Source of the DNA: Chthoniobacteraceae bacterium
GTDB taxonomy: Bacteria > Verrucomicrobiota > Verrucomicrobiia > Chthoniobacterales > Chthoniobacteraceae
Assembly (NCBI GenBank): GCA_040081625.1
Contig: JBEBGD010000059.1
Span: 1 to 35,250, forward strand
DNA length: 35,250 nt
Direction of reading: 5' to 3'
Position numbers and translations under genes: made by a program
Notes under the pieces: generated by a model
The model's input: the letters and a program-made list of their open reading frames with translations, nothing else
What the model was told of the DNA's origin: nothing
Database searches by the model: none
Shown: piece after piece, positions 8,480 to 21,696 of the stretch
How the letters are laid out: each line of letters starts with the position of its first letter
Position numbering within the stretch: position 1 is the stretch's first letter

Positions 8480-10474
8480 ATGCCGAAACTCACGCTCCCC
8501 TCGAAACCCACGCTCGCCGGCGTGGCGCTGATCGTGGTGGTCGGGTTGGTGTGCTCGGCGTTTCGGCTCGGCAATTCGCTCGCGTGGCTCTCCTTCGACC
8601 TGCCGTTCAAATTCGCCGCCCGCTACTCGCCGCCCGAAGCCGTCATCGTGACGGTGGACGACGAATCGCGGAAGGAACTCGGCATCGATCCGGGACATCC
8701 GATCCCGCGTGCCATGCAGGCCAGGCTGCTCGACCGACTCACGCGCGACGGCGCGCGCATCGTCTTTTACGATCTGATCTTCGATCTACCGGGGAGCGAT
8801 CCGGCGGGTGACGAAGCCTTCGCAGTCGCGATGAAGAAACACGGCAGCGTCGTGCTCAGCGGTGCGCTGGACTCCGTCGGCCGCGACGGCGCGAGCACCG
8901 AGACCGTGCTCCCACCGACGCCGCTGCTGCGCGATGCGGCGCGCGGCTGGGGGCTCGCCGGCCCGCTTCTGCTCGATGTGGACAACACGGTCCGTCGCAT
9001 CGGCGTGCCCGCGTCCGACGTGCCCCTCGCGCACTGGATCGCGGCGGATCTGGCCGGGGCATCCTCGACGAAGGACGCGGCCAGCCGGCAGCACGTCCGC
9101 CACCTCAACTACTACGGCCCTGCTGGAACGATCACCTGGTGCAGCTTTCACGAGGCGCTGGACGACAGGATGCGGTCTCCCGACTTTTTCCGCGGGAAGA
9201 TCGTGTGCATCGGCGGCAAGCCCTCGCCGGTCGGGCGGAAGTTCGGCGAGGACGAGTTCGGCTATCCGCACGCGCGCTTTGGCGAGCCCTACATCGTCGG
9301 GCTGGAGGTCCACGTCACGGCGCTGCTGAACCTCCTGCGCCACGAGTGGCTCGATCGCATGGCGCTTCCTTTCGAACTCGCACTCGTCGCATTGCTCGGC
9401 GTTCTCGCCGGCGTCGCAGCCTACGGCCTTTCGCCGATGCGCGGCATCGCCGTGCTCGTGGCCGCGATGCTGGGCGTCGCGATCGGCGCGATGGCGCTGC
9501 AAATCCACGGGCATGTGTGGTGGAACTGGCTCGTGCCCGTCGCCGTGCAATTCCCGCTCGCGGCGGTGTGGAGCACGGCAACGCGATACGCCGGCGAGGC
9601 GAGGCGCCGCGCACAGCTTCGCCAGGCCTTCTCGCTCTACCTTTCGCCGCAGATGGCCGCCCGCATCGACGATGAGAAGATGGACCTCAAGCCCGGCGGG
9701 CATCTCGTCGAGGCGACGCTACTCTTCACCGATTGCAAGGGCTTCACCGCGATGAGCGAGGAGCTGAAGGACCCGAAGCTCATCTCCGAGACGCTCATCG
9801 CCTACTTCACGCAGACCTCGAAGCACGTGCTCGAGAACGACGGCACGATCATCAAATACATCGGCGACGCCGTCTTCGCGTGCTGGAACGCGCCCGTCCT
9901 CGATCCCGATCACGCCGCGAAAGCCGCACGCGCCGGCTGGGCGATGGCCGAGGCGGCAAAGCAAGTCGTGATGGGCCGGCAGCTCATGACGCGCGTCGGC
10001 GTTTGCACGGGCGACGTCGTCGCGGGGAATCTCGGCTCGCCGTATCGCTTCGACTACACGTGCATCGGCGAGGCGGTGAACTTCGCGAGCCGGCTCGAGG
10101 CCTTGAACAATCACATGGGCACGAGCGTGCTGATCGCCGACACCACGCGAAAATTGATCGGCGACCGCTTCGTCTGCCGCGCGCTCGGCAGCTTCATCGT
10201 GAAGGGCAAGACCACTCCCGTCGCGATCCACGAACTCATCGCGCCCGCCGAGCAGGCGCCCGCCGATCTCGAATGGCTCAAGACGTGGGATGAGGCGATG
10301 CGCAGTGTGCGCCAGGGCGATTTCGCCGCACTGCAAAAGCTCCTGCGCGAAGTCGTGTGGCAACGCGGCGGCACCGACGGTCCCGCGGAGTATTATCTCA
10401 AGCACGTCGCGATGCTGGAAAAGGAAGGCCGCCTCGGCGACTGGACGGGCGTGGTGAAGATGACGGAGAAATAG
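8480..10474 (+). CDS. CHASE2-domain class III adenylate cyclase
   Basis: It has an N-terminal TM, CHASE2 motifs (IVTVDDES, GARIVFYDLIF, LNYYGP, GKIVCIG, GLEVH) and three TM helices. Cyclase motifs are LFTDCKGFT, KYIGDA, GNLGS..RFDYT.IG.AVN.ASRLE and VKGK. The Lys/Thr specificity residues fit ATP. Confidence 0.93.
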   Translation: MPKLTLPSKPTLAGVALIVVVGLVCSAFRLGNSLAWLSFDLPFKFAARYSPPEAVIVTVDDESRKELGIDPGHPIPRAMQARLLDRLTRDGARIVFYDLIFDLPGSDPAGDEAFAVAMKKHGSVVLSGALDSVGRDGASTETVLPPTPLLRDAARGWGLAGPLLLDVDNTVRRIGVPASDVPLAHWIAADLAGASSTKDAASRQHVRHLNYYGPAGTITWCSFHEALDDRMRSPDFFRGKIVCIGGKPSPVGRKFGEDEFGYPHARFGEPYIVGLEVHVTALLNLLRHEWLDRMALPFELALVALLGVLAGVAAYGLSPMRGIAVLVAAMLGVAIGAMALQIHGHVWWNWLVPVAVQFPLAAVWSTATRYAGEARRRAQLRQAFSLYLSPQMAARIDDEKMDLKPGGHLVEATLLFTDCKGFTAMSEELKDPKLISETLIAYFTQTSKHVLENDGTIIKYIGDAVFACWNAPVLDPDHAAKAARAGWAMAEAAKQVVMGRQLMTRVGVCTGDVVAGNLGSPYRFDYTCIGEAVNFASRLEALNNHMGTSVLIADTTRKLIGDRFVCRALGSFIVKGKTTPVAIHELIAPAEQAPADLEWLKTWDEAMRSVRQGDFAALQKLLREVVWQRGGTDGPAEYYLKHVAMLEKEGRLGDWTGVVKMTEK

Positions 10475-10516
10475 GCGGCGCGGCGGGCAATCTCCCCTCG
10501 ACACCGCAGGGGAGCG

Positions 10517-13500
10517 ATGGTCCGGTCGGCGCGAGTGCCCACCCCGCGAAAGTTCCACGCTGCCATCGAGCTCCTCGAAACGCGCATTGCTCCGGCGGTG
10601 ACGGTGGGGTTCAGCCTCTTTCGGCTCGATGGCGCGGACGGTTTCACCATCGCCAGCGGAACGAACTCGGCTGCGTCGGGGTTTTCGGTCAGCGCCGCGG
10701 GCGATGTGAATGGCGACGGCTTTGACGATGTCATCGTCGGGCAAATCTCACGCAGCTCGGCGTATGTCGTCTTCGGGAAAGCCGGGGGATGGACCGCGGG
10801 ACTCTCGCTGCCGGCGCTCGACGGCACGGACGGCTTCCGGCTGTTTCTCAACGAACCTTATGGCGGAGGCTACACTGCCGTGAGCGCGGCGGGGGATGTG
10901 AACGGGGATGGATTCGATGACGTGATCATCGGCAAGGAGCGGGTCGGTGGCCCCGGAGTCTATGGAGCCGGATCGGTCTTCGGCGCTGGCGCCGCCTATG
11001 TGGTGTTCGGGAAGTCGGGAGGCTTTGCCGCTGAGATCGATCTCGGCACGCTCGATGGCGGGAACGGCTTCAAGCTGACCGGGGTTGCGCCGCGCGACTT
11101 TGCTGGGAGGGCTGTAGCGGGCGGCGGGGACGTCAATGGCGACGGTTTCGACGACGTGCTCATCGGCGCGTTCGGGGCGGATGAAGGCGGAGCCGGCTAC
11201 GTGGTATTCGGGCACGCGGGCGCATTCCTCGCCGAGACGAGCCTGGCTTCGCTCAATGGCACCAATGGCTTCAAGCTCAGCGGCATGGCGGACGGCGCCT
11301 CAGTCGGTAGGACGATCAGCGTCGCCGGCGACGTGAATGGAGATGGCTTTGACGACATCCTCATGGGCGCGCCTGGGGCGAGCGAGGGAGGCGATGCACG
11401 AGGCGCCGGATACGTGATTTTCGGGAAGGCGACGGGATTCGACGCGGCGATCCCGCTCGCCTCGCTGAACGGATCCAACGGTTTCAAAGTAAGTGGAGCG
11501 GATCGCTTCGGATTCCTGGGTAGCGTCGTGAGCGGTATCGGCGACGTGAACGGTGACGGCTTCGACGAGGTCGCGTTCGCCCCGTATTACGGTCAGGTGA
11601 TCGGGATCACCCGCAACCCCACCGTGTATGTGGTGCTGGGAAAAGCGGGTGGATTCGCCCCGCAGATTTCTGCGGGGTCGCTGGATGGCACCAACGGTTT
11701 TGCCGTCGTCGGCCCGGCCGAACCCGCTCCTCGAACTGGCATCCGCGGTTTCTTCGGCCAGAGCGTCAGCGCAGCCGGCGATGTGAATGGAGACGGATTC
11801 GACGACTTCATCGTGAGCGACACGTCTGCCGCGGAAGGTGGTCGGGATCGCGGCGCGACTTACGTCTTCTTTGGCGGAGCGAGCGGATTCCCGGCGCGCG
11901 TTTCCGTGGACACGCTCGACGGCGTGAATGGATACCGCCTCATCGGCGTGGCTGATCGCGACTACTCCGGCAGTTCGATCAGCGCGGCGGGCGACGTGAA
12001 CGGCGATGGCTTCGACGACATCATCATCGGTGCGCCGAACGCGAATGCGGACGGCATCTTCACGGGCCGGAGCTACGTCGTCTTCGGGCGGCCGAGCCCG
12101 GCGACGGTGGGATTTTCGCTCAGCGGCAATCAGCTTGCGTTCATCGACCCCGACGGCGATCGCGTCACTGTCGCGCTGTCGAACGGAAAGCTGGCCAAGG
12201 CCAACGTGACGCTGGAGCCGCTGGACGGCGGCATGGTGTTGCGCTCGCTGGACCTCACCAAGTCGGCGGCTCCCGCGGGCGCGCGATTGAAGATCACCGC
12301 CGAGCCGCTCGGCGTCGCGCGCGTCGAGGTGGGCACCATCACGATCGCGGATCGGGCGAAGGTCGCGCGGATCGACGTGGCGGGCGACTTGACGGCGCTG
12401 AGCGTCGCGCCCGGCGGGCGGTTGTCGGCGCTGAAAGTGCAGTCCACAGGCGCGGCGGCGGCGCTTTTCGGAGCGGATGCGCGCTTGGAGTTCGGCAGCA
12501 AGGTGGGGAAGTTCGAGGTCGAGGGAGACGTGCGCGACACCTCGATGCTGTTCGTCGCGGGAGCGGCGCAGGTGCGGGTCGGGGGCGATTGGATCGCGTC
12601 TTCGCTGCACACCCAGCGCACGATCACGCTGCTCCACGTGGAGGGCGACGCACGCGACGCGCTCTGGACCGGCGCCGGCCCGGAGCAACCGCGAAGCGTG
12701 AGCCTCACGAATCTTTTCGGCACGGTGAAAGTTGGCGGCGACTTCGAGCGGTCGAACTTGCTGGCGGGCTACACGGCACTCGGGCTGCCGGAGCGCGGCG
12801 GGCGCATCGGGCGCGTCTCCATCGGCGGCGATTTCATCACGAGCAATATCGTCGCAGGCGCTGGTGCGGGTGGCGATCAGGTGTTCGGCACGCGGGACGA
12901 CTTCGCCATCGCGGATGGCGATCGCTTCGTCTCGGCGATCGGAAAGATCGTCATCGCCGGAAACGTGATCGGCACCGGCGGCGCGGCGGCGGGCTACGGC
13001 ATCGTCGCCGAGCAGATCGACACCTTGCAGGTCGGGAGCACACGCACCGCGTGGCAGAAAGGTGCCGGGAATGATCTCGCGCTGCAATCGGTCGGCCTTT
13101 CGGACGAAGTGCGGGCGCGCGAGGTCGCGGCCAGCGTCGTCGTGCGCTCGAGCTTGAGCCGGCTCGATGGAGCCACCGGTTTCGCACTTGCCGCCGGCGA
13201 AACGATCTTCAATTTCGCAAGCACGGTCAGCAGCGCTGGAGACATCAATGGCGATGGTTTTGACGACATCATGCTCATGGCCGGGCAGAACGATCACCAA
13301 GCCTACGTAGTCTTCGGTCGCGCCGGGGGCTTCGATCCGCAGTTTACTCTTTCCGGTCTCGACGGCACCGACGGCTTCAAGATCACCGGGATGGCGATTC
13401 GCAACGACGTCGGACGCACGGTGAGCGCGGCGGGCGACGTGAACGGCGATGGATTCGATGATTTGATCGTCGGCGCCGGCTACGACAACGAAGGCGGAGC

Positions 13501-15721
13501 CTACAGCGGCGCGGCTTACGTGGTCTTTGGGAAAGCCTCTGGATTCGCCGCCGAGTTGGCGGTTTCCACGCTCGACGGCGGCAACGGCTTCAAGCTCATC
13601 GGCTCGGCTCCGGGCGACGGTTTCGGTCACGCCGTCAGCGGCGCGGGCGACGTGAACAACGATGGCTTCGACGATGTGCTCGTCGGGGCGCGCCTCGCCG
13701 CGGAGGGCGGGTTCCGTCGTGGTGCGGCTTATCTCGTCTTCGGCAAGTCGGGAGGCTTCGATGCGCAACTCGCCGTTTCCACCCTCGATGGGACCGATGG
13801 ATTCACACTCACCGGCGGAGCCGACAGAGATTTCGCCGGCTACTCGGTCAGCGCCGCAGGCGACGTGAATGGTGACGGCTTCGACGACATCATCGTCGGC
13901 GCGATCCGCGCCGAACAAACAGGAGCCGCCTACGTGATTTTTGGCCGGGCCACGCCGTTCCCTGCGCAGCGCAGCCTTTCCACGCTGGACGGAACCGATG
14001 GCTTTCGACTCAGCGGCGTGTCGCTGAGCGACTCGGCCGGTTTTTCCGTGAGTGGAGCCGGAGATGTGAATGACGATGGTTTCGACGACGTGATCGTCGG
14101 TGCGCTCAACGCGGCTGAGGATGGGCTGCGGCGCGGAGCCGCCTACGTGTTGTTCGGCTCGGGGTCGGGCTTTTCGGCGCAGATCGCGCTCGCGACGCTC
14201 GATGGCGGAAACGGCTTCAAGCTCAGTGGTGAGCGGGATTTCGACAATGCAGGTCGCTCTGTCAGCGGAGCCGGCGATGTGAATGGCGACGGATTTGCGG
14301 ACATCATCGTCGGAGCCACCGGCAGCATCGGGCTCACCGTGACGCCGGGATCGAGCTACGTGATCTTCGGCCAGTCCGGCAGCTTCGGTCCGCGCCTTGC
14401 GCTCGCTCAACTCAACGGGATTAACGGCTTCGTGCTCGGTGGTGGACCTCCCGGCGACCTCACCGGTATCTCGGTCAGTGGCGCCGGGGATTTCAATGGC
14501 GACGGGTTCGACGACCTCATCACCGGCGCGGCGGGTTTGCTCGAGCACACACCCGCCTTCGACACCACTGGCCGCGCCTACGTCGTCTTCGGCACGCCCG
14601 CGCAGCAGATCGACGATCAGACGATCGCCTTCACCGAGGCGGATGGAGATCGGGTGATCGTGCAGGTGAAGAAGGGGACGATCAGCACGGGCGCGCTGCA
14701 ATTCGAGGAAGTGGCGGGGCAAAAGATCTACAACGTGAAGACGCTCGACCTGAGCGATGCGGCGAAGCTCAACGGCGCGGAAGTGTCGGTGACGGTCGTC
14801 TCGTCCTCCGGCTCCGCTGCGTTGCAGGGACGCGCAGGAAATGTGGGCATCCCGAACGTCGGCACCGTGATCTTTCCCAACAATGGCGGGCCAACATCGG
14901 TGAGCATCGCGGGCAACGTGCAGCAGGTGACTCTGCCGGGCGGGGCGAAGTTGAAGAACTTCACGGTGCGCTCGCTCGGCGTGGATGCGGACATTTTCCC
15001 CACGATCGCCCCGCGCTTCAACGGCGCCGGAACGATCGTGAAGCTGACGGTCGAGGGCGACATCACCGGCGTGGAGTTCGACGTGCCCGGCGCGGTGGAT
15101 CGAATGACGGTCGGGGGCGGCATCGTGGACAGCACGCTCAACTTCGCCAACAAGCTGGCGACGCTCGCGGTGAGTGGCGATGTGTCGAACAGCGTGCTCG
15201 CCTTCGCGAAGGGCGCGGGGAGTGTGACGGTTTTCGGCGACGTGACGGACACGCGCATCAGCGCGCTCGGCGCACTCCTGCCGGCGAAGGCGGCGGCGCT
15301 TTTCGGGAAGGTAACGGTCGGAGGCGACTTCGAGAGATCGAAGCTGCTCGCCGGCTACGACGCCGCCGGGCTCGCGGCGAATGCGGACGCCGCGCTCGGC
15401 GCGATCAAAATCATCGGCGCGCTGCGCGAGAGCAGCATCGTGGCGGGAGCGAGCGCGGGGGTGGATGGAATCTTCGGCACGGGCGACGACGCGTTGATCG
15501 CTGGCGGGAGCAGGATCGTGGCGAAGATCGCGTCGATCCGCATCGGTGGAGTCGAGGGGAGTGTGGCTCTTGGCGACGGATTCGGAATCGTGGCCGAGCA
15601 CATCGGGTCGCTAAAGATCGATGGTGTCGCAAAGGCGCTGGCCCGCGGAGCTGCGAACGATCTGAACCCCGCGCTGCTCGGCACGACGGACGACGTGAGG
15701 GTGCGCGAGGTGGGTGGGTAA
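10517..15721 (+). CDS. Large FG-GAP (integrin-alpha-like beta-propeller) repeat protein with LEPR-XLL-like N-terminal motif; two tandem modules
   Basis: 1734 aa with N-terminal IELLETRIAPA. There are 14 GD(V/I/F)NxDGF(D/A)D repeats in two groups of 7, each group followed by a ~340-370-aa Gly/Val-rich beta region. Confidence 0.9.
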   Translation: MVRSARVPTPRKFHAAIELLETRIAPAVTVGFSLFRLDGADGFTIASGTNSAASGFSVSAAGDVNGDGFDDVIVGQISRSSAYVVFGKAGGWTAGLSLPALDGTDGFRLFLNEPYGGGYTAVSAAGDVNGDGFDDVIIGKERVGGPGVYGAGSVFGAGAAYVVFGKSGGFAAEIDLGTLDGGNGFKLTGVAPRDFAGRAVAGGGDVNGDGFDDVLIGAFGADEGGAGYVVFGHAGAFLAETSLASLNGTNGFKLSGMADGASVGRTISVAGDVNGDGFDDILMGAPGASEGGDARGAGYVIFGKATGFDAAIPLASLNGSNGFKVSGADRFGFLGSVVSGIGDVNGDGFDEVAFAPYYGQVIGITRNPTVYVVLGKAGGFAPQISAGSLDGTNGFAVVGPAEPAPRTGIRGFFGQSVSAAGDVNGDGFDDFIVSDTSAAEGGRDRGATYVFFGGASGFPARVSVDTLDGVNGYRLIGVADRDYSGSSISAAGDVNGDGFDDIIIGAPNANADGIFTGRSYVVFGRPSPATVGFSLSGNQLAFIDPDGDRVTVALSNGKLAKANVTLEPLDGGMVLRSLDLTKSAAPAGARLKITAEPLGVARVEVGTITIADRAKVARIDVAGDLTALSVAPGGRLSALKVQSTGAAAALFGADARLEFGSKVGKFEVEGDVRDTSMLFVAGAAQVRVGGDWIASSLHTQRTITLLHVEGDARDALWTGAGPEQPRSVSLTNLFGTVKVGGDFERSNLLAGYTALGLPERGGRIGRVSIGGDFITSNIVAGAGAGGDQVFGTRDDFAIADGDRFVSAIGKIVIAGNVIGTGGAAAGYGIVAEQIDTLQVGSTRTAWQKGAGNDLALQSVGLSDEVRAREVAASVVVRSSLSRLDGATGFALAAGETIFNFASTVSSAGDINGDGFDDIMLMAGQNDHQAYVVFGRAGGFDPQFTLSGLDGTDGFKITGMAIRNDVGRTVSAAGDVNGDGFDDLIVGAGYDNEGGAYSGAAYVVFGKASGFAAELAVSTLDGGNGFKLIGSAPGDGFGHAVSGAGDVNNDGFDDVLVGARLAAEGGFRRGAAYLVFGKSGGFDAQLAVSTLDGTDGFTLTGGADRDFAGYSVSAAGDVNGDGFDDIIVGAIRAEQTGAAYVIFGRATPFPAQRSLSTLDGTDGFRLSGVSLSDSAGFSVSGAGDVNDDGFDDVIVGALNAAEDGLRRGAAYVLFGSGSGFSAQIALATLDGGNGFKLSGERDFDNAGRSVSGAGDVNGDGFADIIVGATGSIGLTVTPGSSYVIFGQSGSFGPRLALAQLNGINGFVLGGGPPGDLTGISVSGAGDFNGDGFDDLITGAAGLLEHTPAFDTTGRAYVVFGTPAQQIDDQTIAFTEADGDRVIVQVKKGTISTGALQFEEVAGQKIYNVKTLDLSDAAKLNGAEVSVTVVSSSGSAALQGRAGNVGIPNVGTVIFPNNGGPTSVSIAGNVQQVTLPGGAKLKNFTVRSLGVDADIFPTIAPRFNGAGTIVKLTVEGDITGVEFDVPGAVDRMTVGGGIVDSTLNFANKLATLAVSGDVSNSVLAFAKGAGSVTVFGDVTDTRISALGALLPAKAAALFGKVTVGGDFERSKLLAGYDAAGLAANADAALGAIKIIGALRESSIVAGASAGVDGIFGTGDDALIAGGSRIVAKIASIRIGGVEGSVALGDGFGIVAEHIGSLKIDGVAKALARGAANDLNPALLGTTDDVRVREVGG
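10620..12090 (+). repeat. FG-GAP repeat block 1 (7 units)
   Basis: GDVNGDGFD motifs near 10700, 10890, 11125, 11325, 11540, 11775 and 11990, each followed by YV(V/I/F)(F/L)G. Confidence 0.88.
13150..14595 (+). repeat. FG-GAP repeat block 2 (7 units)
   Basis: GD.N.DGF motifs near 13240, 13430, 13645, 13860, 14060, 14270 and 14485. Confidence 0.88.
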
Positions 15722-15841
15722 ACGGAGCGCGTAGGGTGTCGCACCGTGATGCGAGTCGGCGTCCAGAGAGCTAAAATTGGGATTCCTCCGAGTTCGGAGT
15801 GCTGCGACGGTGACGGGTGAAAATTCATCACGACTGCCGAC

Positions 15842-16555
15842 ATGCACTTTCTCCTGACCAACGACGACGGAATCGACGCACCGGGGCTCGCGGCGCTCGA
15901 GGTTGCGATGCGCGAGTGGCCGGGCGCGCGCTGCACGGTGGTCGCGCCGGCGCATGAACATTCGCAGTGCGGGCATCGCGTGACGACGCACGGTCCGATT
16001 CGCACGGAGCGGGTGGGGGAGGATCGGCATCGCGTTCACGGCACGCCGGCCGATTGTGTGAGGGTCGCGATTTTCGCGCTGGGGATTCGCCCGGACTTCG
16101 TGCTCGCGGGGATCAACGAAGGCGGGAATCTCGGGCAGGATGTGGTCATCTCCGGCACGGTGGCCGCGGCGCGCGAGGCGGCGTATCACGGGCTCGGAGC
16201 GGCGGCGCTCTCGCACTACGTGATCCGTGAGTTGGCGGTGGACTGGGCGCGTGCGGGCCGGTGGATCGGGGAGTTGCTGCCCCCGCTGCTCGCGCTTCCG
16301 ACGGAGGCTCCCGGCTTTTGGAATGTAAACCTGCCGCATCATCCGCCGGGGCCCATGGCGCTCCCCGACGTGACGCACGCGGCGCTCGAGCGCGCGCCGC
16401 TCAATGTGAGCTACCGGCGCGAGGCCCGCGACGACGGCCGCCTCATCGAGTGTCACTACGATGCGCGCTACGCCGATCGTCCAAAGTCCGGGGTGTCGGA
16501 TGTCGCGGTCTGTTTCGGCGGAAAGGTGAGTGTTTCGCGACTAGGCCTGGCCTAG
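15842..16555 (+). CDS. surE: 5'/3'-nucleotidase SurE
   Basis: Motifs LLTNDDGIDAPG, VVAP, GTPADCV, GINEGGNLG, SGTVAAAREA and NVNLP. Confidence 0.93.
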   Translation: MHFLLTNDDGIDAPGLAALEVAMREWPGARCTVVAPAHEHSQCGHRVTTHGPIRTERVGEDRHRVHGTPADCVRVAIFALGIRPDFVLAGINEGGNLGQDVVISGTVAAAREAAYHGLGAAALSHYVIRELAVDWARAGRWIGELLPPLLALPTEAPGFWNVNLPHHPPGPMALPDVTHAALERAPLNVSYRREARDDGRLIECHYDARYADRPKSGVSDVAVCFGGKVSVSRLGLA

Positions 16556-16600
16556 GCTCTTGCGGACACGGGTAAAGTGCGGCCATCGTGGGTGACTCGT

Positions 16601-19860
<3,260 letters not shown>

Positions 19861-19864
<4 letters not shown>

Positions 19865-21696
19865 GGGAAGGCGGGCGCCGCGCCGCGACCGGGACACGGC
19901 TTCAGGGAGCCGACCTGGTGGAAGGCGGAGTGCGCTACCGCATCTGGGCGCCGGAGAAGCGGCGGGTCGAGGCGCGTATTGAGCCGGCGGGTGGAGGTGA
20001 TGCGCGGGTGCTTACGCTCGCGCCGGAGGAGGGTGGTTATCATATCGCGCGTGATTCCGCGGGGCGCGCCGGGGACCGGTATCGATACGTCCTCGACGGC
20101 GAGGGGCCATTCCCTGATCCCGCTTCGCGCGCGCAACCGGACGGCGTGCATGGGCCCTCGCTCGTGGTCGATCCGCTCGCGTATGCGTGGGACGATGCCG
20201 GGTGGAAATGTCCGCCGCTCCGCGATCTCGTGATCTACGAAATCCACGTCGGCACGTTCACCCCGGAAGGCACTTTCCGCGCGGCGATCGGGAAGCTCGG
20301 ATGGCTGCGCGAACTCGGCGTGAATGCCATTCAGATGATGCCCGTCGCGGATTTTCCTGGCGGGAGAAACTGGGGCTACGACGGCGTCGCGCTCTACGCT
20401 CCCGCACGCTGCTACGGCACGCCGAATGACCTTCGAGCGCTCGTGGACGCCGCGCACGCGCACGGCATCGCGGTGGTGCTCGACGTCGTTTACAATCACC
20501 TCGGCCCCGACGGGAATTACCTCGGCGCCTACAGCCGCCACTACTTCAACGAGGAGCGACACACGCCGTGGGGCGCGGCGTTGAATTTCGATGGCGAGGG
20601 AAGCGCCGCGGTGTGCGGTTTCTTCGTGTGCAACGCGGCCTACTGGCTCGACGAGTTCCATTTCGACGGCCTGCGACTGGACGCCACGCACGCGATCCTC
20701 GACGAATCCGAAAGGCACGTCCTCGCGCAGATCGCGGATGTCGCGCACGAACGCGGCGCGTTCGTCATCGCGGAAGACGAGCGCAACGCCGCGATGATCG
20801 TCGCGGCCGACGGCCACGGTCTCGATGCGGTGTATGCCGACGACTTCTGCCACACCGTGCAGGTCGCGCTCGGTGATCACAGCTACCGCGAGGACTTCGA
20901 TGGCAGCGCGGCGGAACTCGCCGACGAATTGCGGCACGGCTGGCACTACCGCGGGAAGGTGAGCAAGCACCATGGCGTGCCGCGCGGCAGCGAGTGCGCG
21001 CATCTGCCGCCGAGCTGCTTCGCGCTTTGCATCAGCAATCACGATCAGGTCGGCAACCGCGCCTTCGGCGAGCGCCTGCACCAGCTCACGTCGCCCGAGG
21101 CGTATCGCGCGGCGAGCGCGCTGCTGCTGCTCGCGCCCTACACACCGATGCTTTTCATGGGGCAGGAATGGGGCGCATTCACGCCGTTTCTATATTTCAC
21201 CGAGCACAACGATGAACTCGGCCGCCTCGTCACCGAGGGGCGTCGCAAGGAGTTCGCGCGCTTCCCGGAGTTTCGCGATCCCGCGCGCGCCCGGACAATC
21301 CCTGATCCGCAGAGCATCGAGACCTTCGAGCGCTCGAAGCTCGACTGGTCTGAAGTCGCTCGCGAACCGCACGCCGGGCTGCTCGCGCTGCACCGCGAGT
21401 GCCTGCGACTGCGCGCTGCCGATCGGGCGTTTCGTCCCGCGACCCGCGATGGATGGGAAGTGGCGGACATCGGCGCGGCGATGCTGGTTCTGCGGGGCGC
21501 GGGGTTTGAATGGAAGATCGTCGCGCATCTCGCCGGGGCTTCGCTTCGGCATCGAGTTTCCGGGGCTGGCTGCCAGTGCGTCCTTTCGACGAATGAGGAG
21601 CGATTCGGTGGCAACGGAGTGAGTGGCTTCGATCCTGAGCCGGGAGAGCTGAAGCTCGACGGGCCTGAGTTGCTCGTATTGCGATCACCTTTATGA
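19861..21696 (+). CDS. treZ: Malto-oligosyltrehalose trehalohydrolase
   Basis: Start at the ATGA overlap with the treS stop; the ORF-track extension to 18997 overlaps treS. Motifs are WAP, PDPASRAQPDGVHGPS, YEIHVGTFTPEGTF, RNWGYDGV, DVVYNHLGP, DGLRLDATH, NHDQVGNRA and FMGQEW. Confidence 0.95.

Noticed and set aside
10492..10514. Hairpin CTCCCCT/AGGGGAG just before the FG-GAP start codon
   Set aside because: The 7-bp stem is real, but there is no U-tract and the GGAG is only 2 nt from the ATG. Neither a terminator nor RBS occlusion is supported.
1950..14595. Regularly spaced DNA repeats considered as a CRISPR array or DGR template/variable repeats
   Set aside because: The repeats are degenerate, in frame and vary mostly at third codon positions. 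There are no cas or reverse transcriptase genes in the window.
11300..15601. 1433-aa minus-strand ORF
   Set aside because: It is an antisense shadow of the FG-GAP gene. It is Arg/His-rich, its periodicity simply mirrors the sense repeats, and such frames are expected with high-GC codon bias.
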